Origin: an uncultured virus (IMG/VR IMGVR_UViG_3300025413_000016)
Taxonomy: Duplodnaviria; Heunggongvirae; Uroviricota; Caudoviricetes
IMG/VR virus record: IMGVR_UViG_3300025413_000016
Length of the DNA: 64,000 bases
Strand: one strand, 5' to 3'
Shown here: positions 58,152 to 64,000 of the stretch, in pieces
How the letters are laid out: every line of letters starts with the position of its first letter
How positions within the stretch are numbered: the stretch's first letter is position 1
The notes under the pieces: generated by a model
What the model was told of the DNA's origin: nothing
The model's input: the letters and a program-made list of their open reading frames with translations, nothing else
Database searches by the model: none
Translations under genes and position numbers: made by a program

Positions 58152-58254
58152 ACCCATCTAGGTAAGCCCGTGTGCCTAGACGCTGACTGTGTAGTACGTG
58201 CAGTCAGTGGGTGGGGGTCACTCCCCACCTGGGTACGGTTACCCACGGGTAACC
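58152..58254 (+). ncRNA. Candidate four-way-junction RNA element
   Basis: Closing stem ACCCA/TGGGT encloses three abutting hairpins; a GGTTACCC/GGGTAACC palindromic hairpin follows. Confidence 0.45.
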
Positions 58255-58325
58255 CCCGGCGACTGGGTTAAGTCGAATTATCACACGAACGTATTGTGTG
58301 ACGTAACAAACATTAGGAGACTGCC

Positions 58326-59201
58326 ATGAAGGCATCTACTTTTGTGTCCCTGTCCACCCTCGACTTCAACGAGGAGGAGCTGTCAACTGACCTTGACATC
58401 CTTCTCTTCGCTGACGAGGAGACGTCCGCTCAGTCAGACGGAGCCGTGCGTGTAGCGCGTCTCAACAAGACTGAGGCCATCACCCTGTCAGGTCTTTCTA
58501 CTGACCTGGTGATCGGTCGCGGGCTCGCTGACTTCCGCAAGGAGTACTTCGACTGTGTCGTTGACTCCGAGGGGAAGATTGGTAGCTTCGTAGGCAAGCC
58601 CCTCCCCCAGGGTATTGTCTTCGACGCCACCTCCAAGCGTGACCGTGCGTACGGTACCCACGTGTACAACATTGCAGCGGCTCTGTCGCCTGCCTCTGTT
58701 GTCCACAGCGGTATGGTCTACGGTAAGTCGTTCCTGGCTAACCGTATGCAGGTTCAGATTGCATCTGACTTGCAGACCGACCCTCGTACCGGTGAGAAGT
58801 TCTACTTCATCGGTGTGCGTCGCTTCGGTATCCTCTCAGAGGCTACTGACTTCGCGTACCGTGACACCGGTCGTGGTGGCGTGCAGGCGCGTATCAAGTT
58901 GTACACCAACGTTGAGAAGGGTACCTTCTACTTCAAGGTGTTCAACAAGCTCACGCAGAAGCACGACCGCATCTACCAGGTTCCTGGTGACGTGCAGTGG
59001 TACGACCTCGTTAAGACTCGTCTTAACATGGCTCTGCCATCCGGCGCGTCGCGGTTGGACATCTACACCTCCGAGCTCAACAAGCTCGACGAGAACGTTG
59101 CTGAGGACCTGCGTGGTACCCAGCTGATGTTCTTCGAGGTGTACAAGACTGCCAAGGCTGCTATCATCGCGGCCAAGGTAGTGGACGCCCCACAGGCCTA
59201 G
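58326..59201 (+). CDS. Hypothetical, probably highly expressed early protein
   Basis: 291 aa, AGGAG RBS, strong C/G-ending codon bias. Confidence 0.8.
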   Translation: MKASTFVSLSTLDFNEEELSTDLDILLFADEETSAQSDGAVRVARLNKTEAITLSGLSTDLVIGRGLADFRKEYFDCVVDSEGKIGSFVGKPLPQGIVFDATSKRDRAYGTHVYNIAAALSPASVVHSGMVYGKSFLANRMQVQIASDLQTDPRTGEKFYFIGVRRFGILSEATDFAYRDTGRGGVQARIKLYTNVEKGTFYFKVFNKLTQKHDRIYQVPGDVQWYDLVKTRLNMALPSGASRLDIYTSELNKLDENVAEDLRGTQLMFFEVYKTAKAAIIAAKVVDAPQA

Positions 59202-59207
59202 TCAGCC

Positions 59208-59246
59208 CCCAGTCCTGAGTCAGACTGGGTTACCTTAAACTGACTC
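59208..59246 (+). promoter_or_regulatory. H-type pseudoknot, copy 3
   Basis: Stem CCCAGTC/GACTGGG; loop GAGTCA pairs with TGACTC after TTACCTTAAAC. Confidence 0.55.
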
Positions 59247-59360
59247 GCCCCCACACCCACAGATGTTGTGTGTGCCCTCGAAGGGAGTGTGGGGGTCTAT
59301 GCCGCAACGTATGCAGCAGAACATGTATCATACATACATGTAGTAGTAAAAGGAACAAGC

Positions 59361-59642
59361 ATGGATGCATTCCGTGTTATTGCAATCGAACGCAAGTTCG
59401 GTAAGGTAGTCAACCGTACCATGTTGGGAGATGTATATTCCAACGTGAATCGTGCCAAGTATCAGTTGCGTACTTGGTATGGAGTGAAACGGTTCAACGA
59501 AGTGGCGGACAGGCTAATTGTGGGCTCATGCCGCCCCAGGTGGCACACAAAGCTCACGTTCGTCATCGCGCAACAGTCTTACTACGAGGAGATCGCTAGC
59601 TACACCAGCGATGAGCTCGAGGAGATTGCAGCTAATGGCTGA
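59361..59642 (+). CDS. Hypothetical protein (start refined to ATG 59361)
   Basis: AAAGGA RBS; MDAFRVIAIERK. Confidence 0.6.
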   Translation: MDAFRVIAIERKFGKVVNRTMLGDVYSNVNRAKYQLRTWYGVKRFNEVADRLIVGSCRPRWHTKLTFVIAQQSYYEEIASYTSDELEEIAANG

Positions 59643-59711
59643 GGAGTACACCGATTGGTGGAGAGTATTCAACCAGGTGCCTAGGGTCTAGGGCCTAGTT
59701 GTAACTCAAAT

Positions 59712-59727
59712 TGTTTCACGTGAAACA
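59712..59727. promoter_or_regulatory. parS: parS site 1
   Basis: Exact TGTTTCACGTGAAACA palindrome, the bacterial chromosomal parS consensus. Confidence 0.85.
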
Positions 59728-59747
59728 TATGTGTTTGTCTAAGCATA

Positions 59748-59763
59748 TGTTTCACGTGAAACA
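59748..59763. promoter_or_regulatory. parS: parS site 2
   Basis: Second exact TGTTTCACGTGAAACA, 20 bp from the first. Confidence 0.85.
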
Positions 59764-59835
59764 TTCCCCGCATGGGGGGATATATTTAGCTAAAGCTAAC
59801 TCCTCCCATTGCATTTATGTTCATTGATGCGTACG

Positions 59836-60030
59836 TAAGGCATCGCAATACCATACCAATGTATGTTAAGTGGGTGGGTTCTATGAACCCGAGGTATGCT
59901 TGTTGACCTTGATGGCCCTAAACGTATCCTGCCATGTATACGTGCATACATACATGACTGTGCATGGCTAAGCATTTTTCCGTATGTTAACGGGTATGTG
60001 CCTACATTGGTGTGGTATTGGGATGTCTTA
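59836..60030 (+). ncRNA. Candidate ~195-nt structured ncRNA
   Basis: 59836-59863 pairs with 60003-60030 (27 bp with G-U pairs plus one G-G mismatch); internal hairpins. Confidence 0.5.
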
Positions 60031-60162
60031 AAATTTTTATGTGTGTTTAGACACACATGACATCCTCATATTCCTGCTCTAGTTGGATTTATATAGCAGG
60101 GGTATGGTTGTATATGTACTTACTAAGTAAGTAAGCTACAAATAGTATCAAAGGAATAACCC

Positions 60163-60381
60163 ATGGCAATAGTAACTGCCGAAGAGGTGCTGTCCAAAAT
60201 ATTGGCCAATGCCTGCCCTAGCAAACTACTCGATGGTGAGTACAAGTTGTTTCTCATAGAGACACACTGCGTCAATTGGCACGTGCAAGCCAAAATCATC
60301 CAAGAACCCTCGGACGACCAAGGTTGGTTGTTCGAAGTGCGTTCAATCGAGCCAGTAAACGAGGTGGTATATGATGACTGA
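60163..60381 (+). CDS. Hypothetical protein
   Basis: 72 aa with AAAGGA RBS. Confidence 0.6.
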   Translation: MAIVTAEEVLSKILANACPSKLLDGEYKLFLIETHCVNWHVQAKIIQEPSDDQGWLFEVRSIEPVNEVVYDD

Positions 60382-60859
60382 CCCTATCCAGGCGTTGTTC
60401 GACCGCATCATGGAGGATGCACGTGATCAAAAGAGGGCAGAATCAAGTTATTACAACCTTGGTGACTTGATCGATGCCCTCGAGGGGATTGATTCAACTC
60501 TCCCCGTTGAGTTCACGTCAGCTGATAACAGGTACGGCAACGACCAACCAGGTGAGTTCTTCAGCTGGCGTGGTGACTACCACGAGCTTGCTCTTGGCTA
60601 TTGCACCTCTAAGGTATACGACTGGAACACCAGTGAATACATCCCAGTTCCACCGCCCACCGTTGGTAGCTTGCTTGCTCGATGCATTGCCGCTGATGGT
60701 GCTACCTTTGAGGGTTACAAGGGTGGTGACTTCACAATGAATCGGTCGTGCAGGATCTTTGTAGAGTTTGACCAGTCTTACTACAATGGCCCGCAGATTG
60801 CTGATGTAACTGTGGTCGATGGCAAGTGCCTCATCAAGCTTGAGAACTGGACTGAGTAA
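60371..60859 (+). CDS. Conserved-looking phage hypothetical protein
   Basis: 162 aa; SWRGDYHELAL and GATFEGYKGGDFTM motifs. Confidence 0.7.
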   Translation: MMTDPIQALFDRIMEDARDQKRAESSYYNLGDLIDALEGIDSTLPVEFTSADNRYGNDQPGEFFSWRGDYHELALGYCTSKVYDWNTSEYIPVPPPTVGSLLARCIAADGATFEGYKGGDFTMNRSCRIFVEFDQSYYNGPQIADVTVVDGKCLIKLENWTE

Positions 60860-60861
60860 CA

Positions 60862-61029
60862 ATGTACCATCACTCAGCTCTATGCAAGTGTGGTGAGTAT
60901 TACTTGCTTGATGTTTGTTGCGGTGAGTATGTTCGTCGAGTTTCTACTGACGAACTAATCAACGAAGTACATGTTGACATCGGAAACCATGCACCTACTG
61001 GGTGCAACGATGAGTACCGCAACCATTAA
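60862..61029 (+). CDS. 55-aa Cys/His-rich protein (not in the ORF track)
   Basis: MYHHSALCKCGEYYLLDVCCGEY...; the LCKCG motif is shared with the next gene. Confidence 0.5.
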   Translation: MYHHSALCKCGEYYLLDVCCGEYVRRVSTDELINEVHVDIGNHAPTGCNDEYRNH

Positions 61030-61082
61030 GCAGTAACAATACCCAAGTAGGGTAGTAGTAAACAAACACATGGAGATCCCCT

Positions 61083-61520
61083 GTGGACATAGTAACACCA
61101 AGCAGTGCCCCCGACTCGTTCGGGTTCATACCAATAGATGCTGAGACCAGCACTGATAACGAGTACCAAAATTGGGTTAAATGCTTGTGCAAATGTGGCA
61201 ACTGGTTTGAGCTGGACTTTGGTGACGAGACTACGGATTTGATTGTTCACCGCGAACGCCCAGGTAATGAAGCAGTTATCAGTATTGTTCTTTCCAAGCC
61301 TGAGCTTGAGAAGTTGCTCGAGCTTGTGCAGAAAGCATTGGCTGGGCAACCAGAGGCTACAAAAGAACCAGACGAGAAAGAACCATTTCATCCATATCCT
61401 GATGCTGTAGAAAAACATTACTGCAGTTATTGTGACTGTGAGTACTACAAGCTTGAGGATGGTACGATAACGCCTTGTTGTTGCACTGATGATGAAACAA
61501 TTGAACAGGAGGAATGTTGA
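61083..61520 (+). CDS. Hypothetical acidic Cys-containing protein
   Basis: 145 aa, GGAG RBS, GTG start. Confidence 0.6.
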   Translation: MDIVTPSSAPDSFGFIPIDAETSTDNEYQNWVKCLCKCGNWFELDFGDETTDLIVHRERPGNEAVISIVLSKPELEKLLELVQKALAGQPEATKEPDEKEPFHPYPDAVEKHYCSYCDCEYYKLEDGTITPCCCTDDETIEQEEC

Positions 61521-61798
61521 TGAGCAGAACACACATCAAACCAAAGTCCAAACTGTGGTGGAAAAAGGTTGCTGCTGCTTGGGAAGAGCAAGAGCGCCCG
61601 GATGCACCACACGCTGGTACTGCGTGGCCTAAGCAGATAGAGAAGCGGCACAGGAAGCGCACTCTACGAGCAGACAAGAAGGGTAATCCCTTTCGTATCT
61701 GGTGGTCTGATGACCCACCCCAGAAGCCAGTGGCTCACAAATGGGAGCGTCGAGTACGTAAGCAACAGGTGCTACGTGAACAACTAGAGGAGGAATAA
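61520..61798 (+). CDS. Hypothetical basic protein
   Basis: AGGAGG RBS; Arg/Lys/Trp-rich. Confidence 0.6.
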   Translation: MSRTHIKPKSKLWWKKVAAAWEEQERPDAPHAGTAWPKQIEKRHRKRTLRADKKGNPFRIWWSDDPPQKPVAHKWERRVRKQQVLREQLEEE

Positions 61799-62007
61799 TG
61801 TTCATTGTTACTGAATACAACTACGATGAAAACATCGTGGGTGCGTATCATACTCTTGATGATGCTAAGGATATTATCCAAAGCAACTTGCCAAGTTTAA
61901 CTTGGGAATGGTTGGTTGACCCTATCAAACCAAAGAGGACATACGCATTGACTAACAAAGTCATACTCTTTGTTATCGATGAAGAAAACAGCTGGCCTGT
62001 TGATTGA
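61798..62007 (+). CDS. Hypothetical protein
   Basis: 69 aa with GAGGAGG RBS. Confidence 0.6.
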   Translation: MFIVTEYNYDENIVGAYHTLDDAKDIIQSNLPSLTWEWLVDPIKPKRTYALTNKVILFVIDEENSWPVD

Positions 62008-62070
62008 TCTGATGTTCGCAGTACCAATTACCCAAGTAGGGTAGCAACAAATAAACACAAGGAGATTCTT

Positions 62071-62400
62071 GTGGAAGTAACAACAACAAACAATGCCACC
62101 GGCTGGTTCGGTGGTTTGCCAGTAGGTAAGTGCACCCGCTGCCAGCAGGATATCAAGATGTACAGCGAGAATCAACCAAGGGACGGTATGCACTTGCGCT
62201 TGTTTGATGGCTACGGCATGTTCACTGACAGTTGGGAAAAACCGCTCGAGGACATCATCCTTTGCCACAATTGTGTTCTGTGGTTCTTGGAAGGTTTCCC
62301 AGAAGAATACAAGCAACAGTTCATAGGCGGTCACGGTCCTGGCGGTGATTGCTCACCTGCTTGCGAGTACGCATTCAATCTAAGAGAGGATATGCAATGA
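62071..62400 (+). CDS. Hypothetical Zn-finger protein
   Basis: CTRC...GYGMFTD...LCHNC. Confidence 0.65.
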   Translation: MEVTTTNNATGWFGGLPVGKCTRCQQDIKMYSENQPRDGMHLRLFDGYGMFTDSWEKPLEDIILCHNCVLWFLEGFPEEYKQQFIGGHGPGGDCSPACEYAFNLREDMQ

Positions 62401-62693
62401 AAGTATGGGCAGTAGATACAACGGTTAGTGCTCATGCCCATGAAGAGGGCATGAATATCCTATCCATTAAATGGTTTGGTTTCTTCAAGGAATTGAAGGA
62501 TGCCCAAACTTCAGTGGAGCAGTGGTACTCAACCCTTCGGCCAGGCAAAAAAGTCTTGCCCATTGGCAAGGGATGGAGTCTTGATGATGATGGCGATTAC
62601 ATTGCCTCGTTCATTGAGTATGACATCATCGACGGTGAGAAGATGAGTCAAGAAGCGCATGTAGTACGCATTTCCAAGCACAAAGTGCAGTAA
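62397..62693 (+). CDS. Hypothetical protein (start ATG 62397)
   Basis: ATGA overlap with the upstream stop; GAGG RBS. Confidence 0.6.
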   Translation: MKVWAVDTTVSAHAHEEGMNILSIKWFGFFKELKDAQTSVEQWYSTLRPGKKVLPIGKGWSLDDDGDYIASFIEYDIIDGEKMSQEAHVVRISKHKVQ

Positions 62694-62745
62694 CAAAGTA
62701 GTACCAGTAGCAAGTAGCTACGCATTTAGTAGAAAGATACACGCC

Positions 62746-63216
62746 ATGAGTGATCTGTTTACAATCAACAACATAAATATGGAAGAGGGTGAGAACCTGT
62801 TTGAGCCTACTTGTTTCAAGTATCGCTTTGACAAGCTCTACCACTTCCACATGGCAGTCGTCGACTGCTGTGACGTATACGCAGCTGTGCTTATGCAAGC
62901 TGCTGAGGCAGGAGGTACATGGGAAATCAAACAGAACATACCAGTGCTGAGGGAAGACATTCCAGCATTGGACTTACGTGCGATCGATAACCCGCTTGAC
63001 ATTGTGCTGCAATACTTCCAGCGCCTCAAGCGTGACGTGCGTGATGGTCAACTTAACCTTGACATTACGCAATTGATTTCTTGTCAGGACATACCAGGCA
63101 AGATTGCGATGTCATTCAAGCACGTCTTGTTCAATCAAGGACAAGACTTGTTTAACCCACGGCTTCACGGTTGGGGTGACATCAAAACAATAGAAAGTGA
63201 GACATCATGTCACTAA
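62746..63216 (+). CDS. Hypothetical protein
   Basis: 156 aa ORF. Confidence 0.6.
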   Translation: MSDLFTINNINMEEGENLFEPTCFKYRFDKLYHFHMAVVDCCDVYAAVLMQAAEAGGTWEIKQNIPVLREDIPALDLRAIDNPLDIVLQYFQRLKRDVRDGQLNLDITQLISCQDIPGKIAMSFKHVLFNQGQDLFNPRLHGWGDIKTIESETSCH

Positions 63217-63485
63217 ACATACAACGACTCATCGATGCAGGGTTTACAGATGAAGACATCCGCGTTGTCTTTACTGCGTTTGAGACAACGATGTCTGAAA
63301 TGAACAAAGCAATTGAAGAGATGAAAGACAATCTTCCGTTCAGCGATGAGATGATAAAGGGAGCTAACAGACGTTCAGAAGAAATTATTGAACGCATTAA
63401 GTTGTACAAACAACGTTCAACTAATGACATCGATCAACTCTTTGGCATCTGGGCACAGATGGCAATAAACGGTGACGCAGACTAA
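63207..63485 (+). CDS. Hypothetical helical protein
   Basis: 92 aa ORF. Confidence 0.55.
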   Translation: MSLNIQRLIDAGFTDEDIRVVFTAFETTMSEMNKAIEEMKDNLPFSDEMIKGANRRSEEIIERIKLYKQRSTNDIDQLFGIWAQMAINGDAD

Positions 63486-63576
63486 CAGTTCTCAAGGCCT
63501 CACCACTCAACAGTGAGTGGTGGGGTCGAGACCGTAGCTAAGTAAGCTACAAATTACCAAGTAACAAGGAGTTACA

Positions 63577-63879
63577 ATGGCTATTTCAATGAAGCAAGCA
63601 GCACCAGCACCAGCTGCGCAGGGTTCAACCATAAGTAAGTTGTTCCAGGAACGTCGTCTGACGCTCATGGAAAACCCTGGTGTGTGGTACGAATACAGCA
63701 ACAATCTGCGAGCTAACACCATGGGAAGCGTTCTTTCCAGCCTTTGTGGTGTCAAGCTCCCTGCTTTAAAGGGAATTGATCGTAAGCTGTTGCCCTACCA
63801 GGTGGCATCACGACGTATGGAAGACGGGACCTATTCGGTCTTTGCTCGTTACGTGGGTGAACAACAAGAGTGGGTATAG
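63577..63879 (+). CDS. Hypothetical protein, possibly DNA-binding
   Basis: 100 aa with AAGGAG RBS; ENPGVW...VFARYVG pattern. Confidence 0.65.
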   Translation: MAISMKQAAPAPAAQGSTISKLFQERRLTLMENPGVWYEYSNNLRANTMGSVLSSLCGVKLPALKGIDRKLLPYQVASRRMEDGTYSVFARYVGEQQEWV

Positions 63880-64000
63880 CCCCGCTACTGTGTGTGGAAC
63901 CTAACTCCACACATATCACGCACGTAATGTAAACTGGCTTGGTGGGAGCCAGCACAGAATCCCACCATCTAACATGAAAGGTACAAGGTACATGCGTAAA

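Noticed and set aside
55900..64000. CRISPR array or mini-array in the intergenic repeats
   Set aside because: Repeats are degenerate, separated by whole genes, and conserve structure rather than sequence.
1..64000. Stop-codon reassignment or a diversity-generating retroelement
   Set aside because: Genes tile tightly in the standard code using all three stops, no suppressor tRNA is present, and no reverse transcriptase or TR/VR pair was seen.

Overview
This window is part of a large tailed dsDNA phage with a contractile tail (myovirus). Its gene order resembles the Bxz1/Myrna-type actinobacterial myoviruses; that resemblance is inferred from memory, not from a search. Positions 1-55.3 kb are one minus-strand late region, visibly AT-rich except for the capsid and scaffold genes. 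Read from right to left it holds about 25 kb of putative head-internal and accessory genes (Zn-finger-rich giants, Dps, a metallophosphoesterase, papain-fold peptidases) and a tRNA cluster (Asn, Asp, Gln, Tyr, plus a Gln-like tRNA split by an HNH gene and a nested tRNA). It continues with portal, prohead protease, scaffold, decoration protein, major capsid, tailspike/fibres, neck, sheath, tube, a frameshifted chaperone, tape measure and baseplate. From 55.6 to 64 kb, GC-richer plus-strand small early-type genes are separated by structured leaders. These fall into three recurrent covarying motif families: AMGTA-loop hairpins, KGTCRT-loop hairpins and H-type pseudoknots. Two perfect chromosomal-type parS sites at 59.7 kb sit next to a long-stem candidate ncRNA. 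The main leads are the parS pair, the split and nested tRNA-HNH cassette, a shared [KR]-x-A propeptide/cleavage code on many putative capsid cargo proteins, and the leader RNA motifs. No database searches were run.
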